Source of the DNA: Candidatus Kerfeldbacteria bacterium RIFCSPLOWO2_02_FULL_42_19
GTDB lineage: Bacteria; Patescibacteriota; Patescibacteriia; HO2-48-17
Direction: 5' to 3'
DNA: 64,000 nucleotides
Assembly (NCBI GenBank): GCA_001818315.1
Contig: MHKF01000011.1
Coordinates: 44,825 to 108,824, forward strand
The notes beneath the pieces are model-generated. The model was not told the origin of the DNA. It did not search any database and saw nothing but the letters and a program-made list of their open reading frames with translations. Shown one piece after another: positions 9,566 to 20,253 of this stretch; the stretch's first letter is position 1, and each line of letters begins with the position of its first letter. The position numbers and the translations under genes were made by a program.

Positions 9566-10021
9566 CTATTTTTGTTTGAGTGAAATAATTTCCACTTTCC
9601 CTCCTTGCTTGAGGATTGCTGCTTTTGCTGATCGAGAAAAACTATGAGCCTTGACGTTTAATTTCTTTCCTAATTCCCCATCGCCAAGAATTTTGACCCC
9701 AAATTTTACAGTTTTAATAATACCTTTTTGAACAAGCTTTTGGGGATCGACGTGCGAGCCGTCTTTGAATGCTGTGTTGAGCGTCCCAACATTGACTGTC
9801 AGCATTTTCGCCTTCAAAGACGTAAAGCCCTTTATTTTTTTTAATTTGGTAATAAATTGTTTAACTCCCTTCCGTCGTAATCCTACACGTCCGCCGGTTC
9901 GTGCTTTTTGACCTTTTATACCGCGACCGGAATATGTCCCCCGACCCGATCCGGGTCCTCTGCCGACTCTTTTTTTCTTTCTCCCTTGTAGTGCTGGAAG
10001 ATTGTGTAGTGTTATGAGCAT
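9566..10021 (-). CDS. rplO: 50S ribosomal protein L15
   Basis: GRKKKRVGRGPGSGRGTYSGRGIKGQKAR motif. Confidence 0.93.
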   Translation of the reverse strand: MLITLHNLPALQGRKKKRVGRGPGSGRGTYSGRGIKGQKARTGGRVGLRRKGVKQFITKLKKIKGFTSLKAKMLTVNVGTLNTAFKDGSHVDPQKLVQKGIIKTVKFGVKILGDGELGKKLNVKAHSFSRSAKAAILKQGGKVEIISLKQK

Positions 10022-10029
10022 AACAAAAA

Positions 10030-10650
10030 TTATACTTTCACTTGTGAAGAAGTATCCTTTTTCGAGTTGCGTATTTTAGGTTCTTTGAGTTGCTGCAGCC
10101 CTTCGAGTGTTGCCCGAACATTATTAATTTTATTCCTCGATCCAAGCATTTTTCCTATTACATTCTTTATGCCAGCGAGTTCTAATACAGGTCGCATCGC
10201 GCCTCCGGCAATAATTCCGCTTCCTTCTGGCGCAGGTTTCAAAAGTATGCGCGCTGCGGTATATTTTTGCTCGACTCTGTGTGGAATCGTGCCTTCGGGC
10301 GTCAACTTTATATCTTGCAAATACTTTTTTGCTTGCTCGGAAGCTTTCTGGACAGCACTGGCAACATCTGCACCTTTCTTCACACCCATACCGATTTTAC
10401 CCTGGCGATTCCCAACTACGACGCAAGCACGAAAACTCATACGTTTTCCACCACGCATGACACGTGCTACTCTATCAATCTGAATCACTCGCTGTTCTAA
10501 ATTTTCACCGCCGGTATTCGATCTTTCTTGACGTTTACGTTGTCTTGGATTCCGTGATCTTCGCATTCCAAAACTTCTACGCGCCGTTCTTTTTGCTGGT
10601 GCGTTTTGAGCTTCCGATTGTTGCTGCTCTTGTATAGTTTCTTGTATCAT
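10030..10650 (-). CDS. rpsE: 30S ribosomal protein S5 (with basic N-terminal extension)
   Basis: RVARVMRGGKRMSFRACVVVGNRQGKIGMGVKKGADV core; followed directly by rplO with no rpmD (L30) between them. Confidence 0.93.
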   Translation of the reverse strand: MIQETIQEQQQSEAQNAPAKRTARRSFGMRRSRNPRQRKRQERSNTGGENLEQRVIQIDRVARVMRGGKRMSFRACVVVGNRQGKIGMGVKKGADVASAVQKASEQAKKYLQDIKLTPEGTIPHRVEQKYTAARILLKPAPEGSGIIAGGAMRPVLELAGIKNVIGKMLGSRNKINNVRATLEGLQQLKEPKIRNSKKDTSSQVKV

Positions 10651-10659
10651 GTGATCCTC

Positions 10660-11016
10660 TTAAAATTCTAAACCGCCCGCTCTTGCTCCAAGAGCAAACG
10701 CCTTCACACGCCCGTGGAATTTATAACCAGAACGGTCAAATACAACTTTGCGTATCTGTTTTGTCTGCGCCTTTTTTGCTATAAGTTTTCCGAGTGCTTC
10801 GGCTTGTTGTGTTCTCGAACCCTCTGTTTGTAATTGTTTGACATGTGCTGCAATCAGCGTATGGCCGTGTGTGTCGTCAATAATTTGTGCACTGATGTAC
10901 TTCAGAGAACGAAATACTTGCAAACGAGGCCTCTCGCCTGTTCCAAATATTTTCGCCCTTGAGCGTTGTTTGCGCCGCAGGAGTGCCATTTTCTTTTTTC
11001 GCTCACGATTCGTCAT
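10660..11016 (-). CDS. rplR: 50S ribosomal protein L18
   Basis: [20 protein letters not shown]...[16 protein letters not shown]. Confidence 0.92.
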   Translation of the reverse strand: MTNRERKKKMALLRRKQRSRAKIFGTGERPRLQVFRSLKYISAQIIDDTHGHTLIAAHVKQLQTEGSRTQQAEALGKLIAKKAQTKQIRKVVFDRSGYKFHGRVKAFALGARAGGLEF

Positions 11017-11021
11017 ATGTA

Positions 11022-11567
11022 TTATTCAGCGCTTTTTGCTTGTTTCCCAACTTTTTTCCGGATCACTTCGTCAGCATACTTTATACCCTTCCCTTTATAC
11101 GGCTCCGGTTTTTTTAATGACCGTATACTTGCCGCAACTTCTCCGACGAGTTGTTTATCGATGCCAGTTACGATCAGAACATTTTTTTCTACCTTTATTT
11201 CAATGCCATCTGGAATCGCAAAGAGTACGGGATGCGAAAAACCGAGCTCAAGTTCAAGATTTTTTCCTTTCACAACCGCTCTATATCCCACACCGTTGAT
11301 TTCAAGTTTTTTACTAAACCCCTCCACAACTCCTTTAAGCATATTTGCAGTGAGCGAGCCGAAAAGTCCCCAAAGTGCCCGTTCTTTTTTTTCTTTCGGG
11401 TTCTTCACTGCAATCTTCACATTCGCTCCCTCAATATTGATACTGATACTTGGATGTAATTTTTGCAGGAGTTCCCCTTTTGGACCTTTGACTTTCAATA
11501 CATTCTTTTCTACTTGTATTGCTACTCCGTGAGGGACTGTTAAAATTTTTTTTCCAATACGTGACAT
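11022..11567 (-). CDS. rplF: 50S ribosomal protein L6
   Basis: [33 protein letters not shown]. Confidence 0.93.
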   Translation of the reverse strand: MSRIGKKILTVPHGVAIQVEKNVLKVKGPKGELLQKLHPSISINIEGANVKIAVKNPKEKKERALWGLFGSLTANMLKGVVEGFSKKLEINGVGYRAVVKGKNLELELGFSHPVLFAIPDGIEIKVEKNVLIVTGIDKQLVGEVAASIRSLKKPEPYKGKGIKYADEVIRKKVGKQAKSAE

Positions 11568-11575
11568 ATGCTTCT

Positions 11576-11971
11576 CTAATAAATCTCACAAAGTATTTCG
11601 CCGCCTAGTCTCCTTTTCCGCGCTTCTTTATTTGTCATTATCCCTTGCGATGTTGATACAATAGCAATACCGTAATCGTTCAATACGTGAGGCAGTGCAG
11701 AAGCCTGCATATATACCCTACTGCCAGGTTTACTTATGCGTTTCATTCGTGAAATAGTCATTCGATTTTCAGCATTGAACTTTAATTCAATACGCAGGGT
11801 CGAAAAGTTATTATGTTGAACTTTTTCTACTTTTTGGATATATCCTTCGCGTTCCAGAAGCTTTGCTAATGAGAATTTTAATTTTGACCACGGGACAAGC
11901 ACCGAGGATTTTTTAATCATTCCTGCATTTCTGATTCTTGTAAGCATGTCTGCTATTGGGTCGTTCATCAT
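11576..11971 (-). CDS. rpsH: 30S ribosomal protein S8
   Basis: Conserved N-terminus MMNDPIADMLTRIRNA begins at ATG (rc) 11969-11971; the track ORF over-extends to 12076, across rpsN. Confidence 0.9.
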   Translation of the reverse strand: MMNDPIADMLTRIRNAGMIKKSSVLVPWSKLKFSLAKLLEREGYIQKVEKVQHNNFSTLRIELKFNAENRMTISRMKRISKPGSRVYMQASALPHVLNDYGIAIVSTSQGIMTNKEARKRRLGGEILCEIY

Positions 11972-11981
11972 AGAATATACA

Positions 11982-12176
11982 TTACCAACTCGCTTTACGA
12001 ATACCAGGTACTTCGCCTTTATTTGCGAGCTCACGGAAACAAATTCGACACAAATCAAATTTTCGCATATACCCATGTTTTCTCCCGCAACGCCAACATC
12101 TCCTCACAACACGCGTACTGAATTTTGGCTTCACTAATGATCGTTTCGATTTTGCCTCCTGTGATTTCTTTGCCAT
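11982..12176 (-). CDS. rpsN: 30S ribosomal protein S14, Zn-ribbon (type Z)
   Basis: 64 aa; [25 protein letters not shown]4 motif. Confidence 0.92.
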   Translation of the reverse strand: MAKKSQEAKSKRSLVKPKFSTRVVRRCWRCGRKHGYMRKFDLCRICFRELANKGEVPGIRKASW

Positions 12177-12178
12177 AG

Positions 12179-12727
12179 TTACTGCTTTTTATTCTTGGCA
12201 AATGGTATTCCCAGTGCCTCAAATAAACGTTGACTCTTTATCTTATCCTTCCCTTTGGTAATCAGAGAAACTTCTAAACCATGAACATGTTCGATTTCAT
12301 CTGCCTTAATTTCTGGAAAAACAGTGTGCTCCTGCATTCCGATACTCAGATTGCCACTTTGATCAAGCGACGTAAGTGGAATGCCTCGAAAATCGCGCAC
12401 ACGAGGGAGTGTAACATAAATGAGTTTTTCAATGAAGTCATACATGCGTTTTCCACGCAGAGTAACCATCATGCCAATAGGCATACCTTTTTTGATTTTG
12501 AAGTTTGAAATTGCTTTTTTTGCACGCGTTTTTACTGGCTTCTGACCGGTAATTTTTTTCAGCGTATTTTCGGCTATTTCCATAAATTTTGGATCGATCA
12601 AAACCTTACTTAAACCAATATTTACCACGACTTTGTCAAGTACTGGAATCATGAATCGATTTTTGAGACCAAATTCTTTTTGCATAGTCGGGATAATTTC
12701 TTTTTTGTACTTTGCGTATAAAGACAT
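12179..12727 (-). CDS. rplE: 50S ribosomal protein L5
   Basis: 182 aa; conserved [17 protein letters not shown] motif. Confidence 0.93.
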   Translation of the reverse strand: MSLYAKYKKEIIPTMQKEFGLKNRFMIPVLDKVVVNIGLSKVLIDPKFMEIAENTLKKITGQKPVKTRAKKAISNFKIKKGMPIGMMVTLRGKRMYDFIEKLIYVTLPRVRDFRGIPLTSLDQSGNLSIGMQEHTVFPEIKADEIEHVHGLEVSLITKGKDKIKSQRLFEALGIPFAKNKKQ

Positions 12728-12736
12728 AGATTGCGT

Positions 12737-13069
12737 TTATTCCTTTTTTTCCGTGAGAGTGAGCTTGCATCTGCGACATACCCGAACCTTTGTATCACCT
12801 TGCATTTCGAATTTTGGTCGGGTTGTTTTATTGCAGTGTGGACATATTGGCGCGACGTTCGAAACAGCAAGTGGCGCAAAAAATTCAATACGTTGACCCT
12901 TTTCTTCCTTACGCTTCGATCGTAAATGTTTTATCATTTTATTGACTCCTTCTACAACAATCTTTTGTTCGTTGTGAAATATCTGAGTGACCTTCCCTAT
13001 TTTGCCTCGATCCTTTCCAGAAAGGACTTTGACTCGGTCGCCGATTTTCGTTTTTTTGACGTACAACAT
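12737..13069 (-). CDS. rplX: 50S ribosomal protein L24 with C-terminal Cys4 zinc-ribbon
   Basis: KOW core IGDRVKVLSGKDRGKIGKV; C-terminus CPHCN...17 aa...CRRCK. True start ATG (rc) 13067-13069 (MLYVKK). Confidence 0.88.
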   Translation of the reverse strand: MLYVKKTKIGDRVKVLSGKDRGKIGKVTQIFHNEQKIVVEGVNKMIKHLRSKRKEEKGQRIEFFAPLAVSNVAPICPHCNKTTRPKFEMQGDTKVRVCRRCKLTLTEKKE

Positions 13070-13073
13070 AGTT

Positions 13074-13445
13074 TTATAATACTTCTGGTGCGAGCGAAGC
13101 AATTTTATTAAATCCCTTCACTTTAATTTCCCGCGGAATTGGGCCGAAGATGCGTGTACCACGTGGCTCTTTTGTCTTTGGATCAATCAATACTGCTGCG
13201 TTTTCATCAAAACGAATATAGGTACCGTCGACACGATTGTATTCTTTTCTTTGACGCACAATGACTGCTTTAACAATATCTCCTTTTTTCACTGCACTGT
13301 GTGGGACAGCTTCTTTTACAGAAGCGGTGACAATATCGCCGACCCTTGCATAGCGACGTTTATATCCTCGCATAATATGAAACACGCGGATATATTTTGC
13401 ACCCGTATTATCTGCTACTTTCAACTGTGTATATTTCTGAATCAT
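13074..13445 (-). CDS. rplN: 50S ribosomal protein L14
   Basis: [27 protein letters not shown]. Confidence 0.94.
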   Translation of the reverse strand: MIQKYTQLKVADNTGAKYIRVFHIMRGYKRRYARVGDIVTASVKEAVPHSAVKKGDIVKAVIVRQRKEYNRVDGTYIRFDENAAVLIDPKTKEPRGTRIFGPIPREIKVKGFNKIASLAPEVL

Positions 13446-13452
13446 AACTTAT

Positions 13453-13728
13453 TTATGATTGGGTAGATGCATTTACGTGTGAACTCACTTCCACTACACG
13501 CCAACGTTTTTCTCTCGATAAGGGTCTGCATTCAACAAACGTAACGCTTTCTCCCACATGATGTGTATTTTTTGGATCATGAACTTTGTAACGCTTCGTA
13601 ACGGTGTATTGTTTTTTATACAGCGGATGCCAACGCTTTCGATCCACACGCACAACAATAGTTTTATCCATTACATCACTCACGACTCTACCTTTGAATT
13701 TTCGTTCTATCTTCTTTTGAAATCCCAT
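13453..13728 (-). CDS. rpsQ: 30S ribosomal protein S17
   Basis: KGRVVSDVMDKTIVVRVDRKRWHPLYKK. Confidence 0.93.
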   Translation of the reverse strand: MGFQKKIERKFKGRVVSDVMDKTIVVRVDRKRWHPLYKKQYTVTKRYKVHDPKNTHHVGESVTFVECRPLSREKRWRVVEVSSHVNASTQS

Positions 13729-13732
13729 ATAT

Positions 13733-13930
13733 TTACTTTTTAAGTGAGGGTTTCTTATTCAGGACTGTAAAAACTCGCGCAATATCTTTTTTCAATTGTC
13801 GTTCGGATCTCACATTTTTCTCATCACCTTGGCGTATACGAAATCTTACAGCACGTAATTTTTCCTGCTTCATTGCAAGCATCTTCTGCAATTCAACTTT
13901 CTCTTTCACAATTAATTCTTTTATTTTCAT
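13733..13930 (-). CDS. rpmC: 50S ribosomal protein L29
   Basis: 65 aa; [31 protein letters not shown]. Confidence 0.9.
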   Translation of the reverse strand: MKIKELIVKEKVELQKMLAMKQEKLRAVRFRIRQGDEKNVRSERQLKKDIARVFTVLNKKPSLKK

Positions 13931-14337
13931 ATCTTTGCTATAGTTTTCGTTTTAACCGGAAGTTTATGCGACGCTAAACGCAGTGCTTCCAATGCTTCTT
14001 CTTTACTGATACCGTCGAGTTCAAATAAAATAGTGCCTGGTTTCACTGGCACAACATAGTGATCCACCGCACCTTTTCCGCCACCCATTTTAATTTCACC
14101 GCCTTTGATAGTGATAGGATGATCAGGAAAGATGCGAATCCACATTTTCCCACCACGTTTTATGTAACGAATCATCGCTCTTCGCGCTGCTTCAATTTGC
14201 CGAGCAGTCACCCAAGAGCCGGTCGTAGCGCGCAGACCAAAGGAACCAAAACTCAAACTAGTTTTACGGGTTGCAACACCTCTTACTCCTTTGCGGTGCC
14301 ATTTTCTATATTTTACCTTTCTTGGTCCCAGCATCAT
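13927..14337 (-). CDS. rplP: 50S ribosomal protein L16
   Basis: [35 protein letters not shown]. Confidence 0.94.
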   Translation of the reverse strand: MMLGPRKVKYRKWHRKGVRGVATRKTSLSFGSFGLRATTGSWVTARQIEAARRAMIRYIKRGGKMWIRIFPDHPITIKGGEIKMGGGKGAVDHYVVPVKPGTILFELDGISKEEALEALRLASHKLPVKTKTIAKI

Positions 14338-14340
14338 ACA

Positions 14341-14979
14341 TTATACAAAAACTTCCCCTTTATAAATCCACACTTTGACTCCTACTGTCCCGTACGTCGT
14401 ATACGCCGCATCACGAGCGTAATCAATATCAGCGCGAATCGTTTGTAAAGGCAACTTACCGAAACTCAGAGTTTCGCGTCTCGCAATTTCCGCTCCGTTC
14501 AATCTCCCTGATAATGTCACACGCACACCTTTTCCGCCAGCCTTTTTTACTTGTTGAATTGCCCGTTTCATAATTTGCCGAACTGACATACGTTTTTCCA
14601 CCTGCTCTACGAGCGCTCGACAAATAAGCTGAGCGTCTATATCAGGCTTCTGAATTTCTTGAATCGTTATATTCACCGTAATCTTCTGATTTCCTAGGAA
14701 TGTATCATGAACTTCTTTCTTGAGTAACTCAACTTCTGCGCCACCCCTTCCAATAATGACACCGGGGCGTGAAGAATGAATGATGATATTTATAGTGTGT
14801 GCTGATCGTTCAATTTCAATGGAACCAACACCCGCCTCACGAAGTTTTCTTTTTAAGAATTTTCGTATGCAAACATCTTCCTTCAGCAATATTGAGAAAT
14901 TGTGTTTTGCAAACCATTTTGATTTCGGAGTATACAGAACCCCGAGACGAAAAGCCGTTGGATGTACTTTCTGTCCCAT
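14341..14979 (-). CDS. rpsC: 30S ribosomal protein S3
   Basis: MGQKVHPTAFRLGVLYTPKSKWFA; KH domain. Confidence 0.94.
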   Translation of the reverse strand: MGQKVHPTAFRLGVLYTPKSKWFAKHNFSILLKEDVCIRKFLKRKLREAGVGSIEIERSAHTINIIIHSSRPGVIIGRGGAEVELLKKEVHDTFLGNQKITVNITIQEIQKPDIDAQLICRALVEQVEKRMSVRQIMKRAIQQVKKAGGKGVRVTLSGRLNGAEIARRETLSFGKLPLQTIRADIDYARDAAYTTYGTVGVKVWIYKGEVFV

Positions 14980-14988
14980 AATGTGTAG

Positions 14989-15363
14989 TTACTTCTTCGC
15001 TTTCATTTGTGTGTTAACTTTTGCATTACCTGCGTTGTCTTCAAGAATCAGTTGTACTATTGAGGTTTTCTTTTGTATCGGTGCAGCGCGTCCGTGTGCC
15101 CGTGCCCTCCAGCGATGCAAAGTAGATCCTCCATTTGTCGTAATATGCTTAATGCGTAGCGTTTCCTTGGGTAATTTGAAATTATTCTCAGCATTAGCAA
15201 TAGCAGCACGTAAGAGTTTTAATATTGGTCGGGCACCCTTTTTATTGAGATATATCAATTGACGTTCTGCGTCCACAACTGAAAGACGCCTCACGAGATC
15301 TGTTACAAGTCTCAGTTTTTTAGGTGATATTCGTATGCCACGTAATTTTGCCTGAATTTGCAT
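14989..15363 (-). CDS. rplV: 50S ribosomal protein L22
   Basis: Conserved start MQIQAKLRGIRISPKKLRLV at ATG (rc) 15361-15363; the track ORF over-extends into rpsS. Confidence 0.9.
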   Translation of the reverse strand: MQIQAKLRGIRISPKKLRLVTDLVRRLSVVDAERQLIYLNKKGARPILKLLRAAIANAENNFKLPKETLRIKHITTNGGSTLHRWRARAHGRAAPIQKKTSIVQLILEDNAGNAKVNTQMKAKK

Positions 15364-15388
15364 ATAATTGTCAAATTTGCTTGAGCTC

Positions 15389-15733
15389 TTATGTTTTATT
15401 TTGTAGGTTTTTTTGCGTACTCTCAGTCTGCTGTTGTTGCGTTTTGGATTGGGCTTGTTTTTCTTCTCGAGCCTTTCTTCCACCGTGACCACGAAAAATT
15501 CTCGTGGGAGCGAATTCACCCAACCTGTGTCCTACCATATTCTCGACAACATGTACTGGAACATGTTCACGTCCATTATGCACCCCAAATGTCAAGCTAA
15601 CCATTTCCGGAGTAATCGTGGAAGCACGTGACCACGTTTTGATCATGCTCGTATCGCCATGTTTTTTTGCACTCATCTTTTTGAGAAGTTTTGGGTCAGT
15701 GAATGGCCCGCCCTTCTTTAAACTTCTTGCCAT
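15389..15733 (-). CDS. rpsS: 30S ribosomal protein S19 (C-terminal Q/K-rich extension)
   Basis: [19 protein letters not shown]...[18 protein letters not shown], followed by about 25 extra residues. Confidence 0.92.
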   Translation of the reverse strand: MARSLKKGGPFTDPKLLKKMSAKKHGDTSMIKTWSRASTITPEMVSLTFGVHNGREHVPVHVVENMVGHRLGEFAPTRIFRGHGGRKAREEKQAQSKTQQQQTESTQKNLQNKT

Positions 15734-15743
15734 GGATATAAAA

Positions 15744-16589
15744 TTATGAAACTTTTCTTGCTCGTGGTTTAAGAATAAAGCGATTGGATTTCTTATGTTG
15801 CTTTCGCGTCTTCACTCCGAGCGCTGGTTTGCCGGTCGGTGTTTTCGGTCGTTTCATACCAATTGGACTACCACCTTCGCCACCACCATGGGGATGATCG
15901 ACTGGATTCATTGCTTTTCCGCGAACTGTTGGGCGTATCCCCAACCATCGCATTCGACCTGCTTTACCGCGTCGTACGTGCCTGTGATCAGTATTACTTA
16001 CTTGGCCAATCGTTGCTGTACAATCTTTAGCAAATATTCTTACTTCTCCTGAAGGCAGACGCACATGTGCATATTCTCCTTCAAGTGAAAGAAGTGTCGC
16101 CAGGGTTCCGGCCGATCGCACTACTTTTCCTCCTTGCCCTGGAAAAAGTTCAATATTATGAATCACACTTCCTGCTGGGATGTTACCGAGTGGCGCTCGA
16201 TTTCCTACTGCAATATCTATCGTGTCTTGAGATACATAAATTTTTTGATCCATTTGCAAACCTTCTGGGGCCAGGATATATTTCTTCTCTCCCCTTTCTG
16301 TTGCAATCAGAGCAATGTACGCAGAACGATTTGGATCATATTCGATAGCAATCACCTTTGCAGTGACTGTTTGTTTTGTCGGTGACGAATACCAATCTAA
16401 TATTCGAAGTTTCCGCTTGTGCCCGCCCCCTCGATGTCGGACGGTAATTTTGCCTTGTGCTCTCCCACCGGAGCTTTTTTTTCCGACTGTTAAATTTTTT
16501 TCTGGTTTTTTCTTTGTGAGAATTGAGAAATCTGCGACACTTGAAATGCGTCGTCCTGGGGAAGTTGGGTTGTAATTCTTAACTGACAT
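15744..16589 (-). CDS. rplB: 50S ribosomal protein L2
   Basis: Conserved start [14 protein letters not shown] at ATG (rc) 16587-16589; the track ORF over-extends across the rplW stop. Confidence 0.92.
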   Translation of the reverse strand: MSVKNYNPTSPGRRISSVADFSILTKKKPEKNLTVGKKSSGGRAQGKITVRHRGGGHKRKLRILDWYSSPTKQTVTAKVIAIEYDPNRSAYIALIATERGEKKYILAPEGLQMDQKIYVSQDTIDIAVGNRAPLGNIPAGSVIHNIELFPGQGGKVVRSAGTLATLLSLEGEYAHVRLPSGEVRIFAKDCTATIGQVSNTDHRHVRRGKAGRMRWLGIRPTVRGKAMNPVDHPHGGGEGGSPIGMKRPKTPTGKPALGVKTRKQHKKSNRFILKPRARKVS

Positions 16590-16593
16590 AGTA

Positions 16594-17127
16594 TTAGAAT
16601 TCAATGCTTTGTCCTTGTTTGAGAATAACCATCGCACGTTTGGTATCCTTCTGTTTTCCAAAAAATCTTCCGAATCGTACGTGTTTTCCCATACGCTTCA
16701 TAACATTTACACGCCTCGCATGGACACCATACACTCGCCGTATAGCTTCTTTAATCATTATCTTATTTGCACCCACGCCGACTTCAAAAAAATACACATT
16801 GTTCTTCTTCTGCTTTTCTGATTTTTCGGTTACAAGAGGCCGCAGTAAAATCTGAAAAGCTGTTTTTGTATCTTCTTTTGATTGATGCGTCTTTTGTGCT
16901 TGCTCTTCCTTGTCTTGGTCTTGCGTTGCTTTGATTGTTTTGCTTTCACGTGCCTTCACTTCTTGTTGCTTCGCTGTAGCTTCTAAATGCTTTGGCTGTT
17001 TCTGTGGTTCTCCATGAATAGACATTTGAGATTTTTCCTCTCCTGACTTTTGAGGTACACCTTTTTTACCTTCCTGCGAAGGTATCGGTGTTTTTTTCTT
17101 CTGTTTGAGAAAGTCAAAAAATCCCAT
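16594..17127 (-). CDS. rplW: 50S ribosomal protein L23 with roughly 80-aa low-complexity N-terminal extension
   Basis: C-terminal 95 aa (LLRPLVTEKSEKQ...VILKQGQSIEF) is canonical L23. The N-terminal K/E/Q-rich region is lineage-specific. Confidence 0.85.
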   Translation of the reverse strand: MGFFDFLKQKKKTPIPSQEGKKGVPQKSGEEKSQMSIHGEPQKQPKHLEATAKQQEVKARESKTIKATQDQDKEEQAQKTHQSKEDTKTAFQILLRPLVTEKSEKQKKNNVYFFEVGVGANKIMIKEAIRRVYGVHARRVNVMKRMGKHVRFGRFFGKQKDTKRAMVILKQGQSIEF

Positions 17128-17130
17128 ACG

Positions 17131-17763
17131 TTATTTTTTACTGTAAGCTCGACTGATTAATTCAATTCCATCCTTTGGTACCATCAAATACTCATAACGT
17201 AGAAGCTCATAGGCATTGAGACTCTCCAGCGGCATAATTTCTACGGTCGGTAAATTCTGAAATGCACTTATAGACTCTGTGCGTTTCGGTAATGCGATCA
17301 GTGTCGATTTATTTTTTACCGGCAATTTATGTAACCATTGCACAGCAAACTTTGTTTTCGGTTGCGCAAGTTCAAGTGATTCAATGATGACGAGGCGGTG
17401 TTCGGTTTGCTTATTACTCAACACCATACACATGACTTTTCGTTTTACTTTTTTATTGAGATGTCGCGTATAGTTTTTTGTATTTCGAGGTCCGAATACA
17501 ACTCCGCCTCCTTTCCAAAGTGGTGAACGGATAGAGCCATGGCGCGCTCGCCCCGTTCCTTTTTGTTTCCATGGTTTTCTACCGCCGCCACGCACCTCGC
17601 CACGTGTTTTGGTATGAGCAATTCCCTCCCGTGCGTTCGCTCGATATGCTTGGACAACCTCTTGAATGAGTGTCATGTTCGGTGGAACATTCCATACAGC
17701 CTCGTCGAGTTGCATATCTCCACTTTTCTCCCCGAGATTATTATAAACCAATGCTTGTGTCAT
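17131..17763 (-). CDS. rplD: 50S ribosomal protein L4
   Basis: [31 protein letters not shown]. Confidence 0.93.
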   Translation of the reverse strand: MTQALVYNNLGEKSGDMQLDEAVWNVPPNMTLIQEVVQAYRANAREGIAHTKTRGEVRGGGRKPWKQKGTGRARHGSIRSPLWKGGGVVFGPRNTKNYTRHLNKKVKRKVMCMVLSNKQTEHRLVIIESLELAQPKTKFAVQWLHKLPVKNKSTLIALPKRTESISAFQNLPTVEIMPLESLNAYELLRYEYLMVPKDGIELISRAYSKK

Positions 17764-18371
17764 ATGTTGTCCGTGATCTTTACAAGACCTCCATGTGCAC
17801 CAGGAAGAGCGCCCTTCAGAGTCAGAATGTTATTCTTGGCATCCACCCTCATCACTGTGAGATTGTGTACTGTGCGTTTTCTATTCCCCATATGACCAGC
17901 CATACGTTTCCCTTTTGGAACCTTCTGCACACCGCCAGCACCCAACGAACCAGGCATCCTTAACTGATCTTTATGGCCGTGAGATTTTTTCCCACCAGCG
18001 AATTTATGTCTTTTCACTACTCCCTGAAATCCTCTGCCCTTCGTAGTGCCAGTCACTTTCACGCTGTCGCCTTCTGCAAAAATAGAAGCATCAATAATTT
18101 TTCCACGTTCGAAAGATATCCTTTCCTTTGCGGGAATTCGAAATTCTTGAAGATATCGAAAGTGAGATAATTCCTTCAGATGACCACGTTTTGCTTTGTT
18201 TATTTTTTTTGCTACGTGGAAGCCAACTTGAATAGCTTGATAGCCATCTTTTGCTTCTGTCTTCACTTGCGTAATAGTACAAGGACCTGCCTGAACGTGA
18301 GTCACGGGCACTAATTTTCCTTGATAAAGAATCTGCGTTGAATTTTGTTTATAACCGAGCATGCATTTCAT
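17760..18371 (-). CDS. rplC: 50S ribosomal protein L3
   Basis: 203 aa; KGKGFQGVVKRHKFAGG and the rest of the L3 core. Confidence 0.93.
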   Translation of the reverse strand: MKCMLGYKQNSTQILYQGKLVPVTHVQAGPCTITQVKTEAKDGYQAIQVGFHVAKKINKAKRGHLKELSHFRYLQEFRIPAKERISFERGKIIDASIFAEGDSVKVTGTTKGRGFQGVVKRHKFAGGKKSHGHKDQLRMPGSLGAGGVQKVPKGKRMAGHMGNRKRTVHNLTVMRVDAKNNILTLKGALPGAHGGLVKITDNI

Positions 18372-18462
18372 AATTTCTCATTGAACAAAAAAGCCGCAAT
18401 CTTACTCCAGCGTCTTTTTATGCGAAGGAAGAATTGTTTTCGTGATAATCTTTAGAATAACA

Positions 18463-18798
18463 TTACATTTTAATTTCGATATCGACTCCTGCCGGCAAAT
18501 TCAAATTACTCAGATCCTCAATCGTTTTTGGCAAAGGATTTATAATATCGATCAGTCTCTTATGCACACGCATTTCGTATTGCTCACGAGAATTTTTATG
18601 CACGAATGGAGAACGAATTACAGTATAACGATTCTTTTCTGTTGGGAGAGGTATAGGACCCGCAATATTCGCGCCAGATTGTTGTGTGGTGCGAATAATA
18701 GTTCGGCACGCTTGATCAATGATTTTATGATCGTACGCGCGAATCTTAATACGAATCCTCTGCTGTGTTTCCTCTTCCTGTTTTTTCACTGTCGCCAT
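18463..18798 (-). CDS. rpsJ: 30S ribosomal protein S10
   Basis: [24 protein letters not shown]...GPIPLPT. Confidence 0.94.
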   Translation of the reverse strand: MATVKKQEEETQQRIRIKIRAYDHKIIDQACRTIIRTTQQSGANIAGPIPLPTEKNRYTVIRSPFVHKNSREQYEMRVHKRLIDIINPLPKTIEDLSNLNLPAGVDIEIKM

Positions 18799-18885
18799 GC
18801 GTTGTGCTTATGAAAGAATCTTGATGAAGGAAATCATCAAGCTACGAACCACGTGTTTATTATGTTACGCGGCTCGTGTGCCTGA

Positions 18886-20079
18886 TTATTTCAAAATTTT
18901 TGTAATGACACCCGCGCCTACAGTATGTCCACCTTCACGAATAGCAAACTTCTGTTTTTCTTCCATTGCTACTGGACCGATAAGCTTTACTTTGACCTGT
19001 GTCGTATCTCCGGGCATGATCATTTCTGCGCCTTTTGCAAGTTCATTGACTTCGCCGGTCACATCTGTAGTGCGCATGTAGAATTGCGGCTTATATCCTT
19101 TTACAAAAGGAGTATGTCGACCTCCCTCTTCTTTGGATAACACATACACTTCAGCTTCGAATTCTGTATGCGGCGTAATAGTTCCTGGCTTAGCAATAAC
19201 CTGACCGCGTTCAACGTCTTCTTTCTTCGTGCCACGCAACAAGACTCCGGCGTTATCACCTGCTCGTCCCTCATCCAAAGATTTATTGAACATCTCAATA
19301 CCTGTAATAACTGACTTCTGTGTTTGTTTCAGCCCGACGATTTCGACATTGTCGTTTAATTTTACCATACCACGTTCGATTCTACCGGTTACAACGGTGC
19401 CGCGACCTTCAATGGAAAAGACATCTTCTACCGGCATTAAAAATGGCTGATCAGTTGCGCGTTGTGGTTCGGGGATATAGCTATCCATTGCTGCAACTAA
19501 ATCCAGAATGGGTTTAGTCACTGCTGCATCAGATGGGTTCTCTAAGGCTTTCAGTGCTGATCCTTTAATGATAGGAATTTCGTCTCCTGGGAAATTATAT
19601 TTCTTCAAGAGATCACGCACCTCTACTTCGACGAGATCAATAAGTTCTTTGTCATCAACCTGATCGATTTTATTCAAAAACACAATAATGTATGGCACCC
19701 CCACTTGTCGTGCCAGAAGAATATGCTCACGAGTTTGCGGCATTGGGCCATCTGCTGCCGATACAACGAGAATCGCTCCATCCATTTGAGCTGCTCCGGT
19801 AATCATGTTTTTAATATAATCGGCATGTCCAGGACAATCGACGTGTGCATAGTGACGATTGTCTGATTCATATTCTACGTGCGTCGTGGAAATTGTAATA
19901 CCACGTTCTTTTTCTTCTGGCGCATTATCGATTTCATCAACACTCTTATTCTGCGCTTTTTTTCCGGCAGCTAACAGGACTTTCAAGATAGCGGCAGTGA
20001 GAGTAGTCTTTCCGTGATCCACGTGTCCAATAGTTCCCACATTAATATGCGGCTTAGTGCGTTCGAATTTTTCGGCCAT
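18886..20079 (-). CDS. tuf: Elongation factor Tu
   Basis: [27 protein letters not shown]-motifs; 397 aa. Confidence 0.97.
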   Translation of the reverse strand: MAEKFERTKPHINVGTIGHVDHGKTTLTAAILKVLLAAGKKAQNKSVDEIDNAPEEKERGITISTTHVEYESDNRHYAHVDCPGHADYIKNMITGAAQMDGAILVVSAADGPMPQTREHILLARQVGVPYIIVFLNKIDQVDDKELIDLVEVEVRDLLKKYNFPGDEIPIIKGSALKALENPSDAAVTKPILDLVAAMDSYIPEPQRATDQPFLMPVEDVFSIEGRGTVVTGRIERGMVKLNDNVEIVGLKQTQKSVITGIEMFNKSLDEGRAGDNAGVLLRGTKKEDVERGQVIAKPGTITPHTEFEAEVYVLSKEEGGRHTPFVKGYKPQFYMRTTDVTGEVNELAKGAEMIMPGDTTQVKVKLIGPVAMEEKQKFAIREGGHTVGAGVITKILK

Positions 20080-20253
20080 ACACTTGATTAAAAACTTAAG
20101 TTAGTAATGCCAACACTAACACTTCATTATTTCCTTTATTGATCTCGTGAAGTTCAGGAAGATGAAGTCGCTAGCGGAAACACATGATTGATGATGTGTC
20201 TCGGTAGTAGAGATGTATCCTATTATAACACATCTTTTTCCTTTGGCAAGTTT

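Noticed and set aside
10748-11532. 183-aa and 188-aa plus-strand ORFs, and many similar 60-160 aa ORFs antisense to ribosomal protein genes (also 10067..10483, 14780..15262, 16067..16385 and others)
   Set aside because: They lie entirely antisense to strongly supported r-protein genes and have skewed, low-complexity composition (F/S/C-rich). They are typical shadow ORFs.
18886-20079. Apparent 1-nt inconsistency between my hand-counted position of the tuf stop codon and the track coordinates
   Set aside because: Most likely a counting slip on my side or an irregular line. Track coordinates were kept, and hand-derived coordinates elsewhere are flagged as accurate only to within 1-2 nt.
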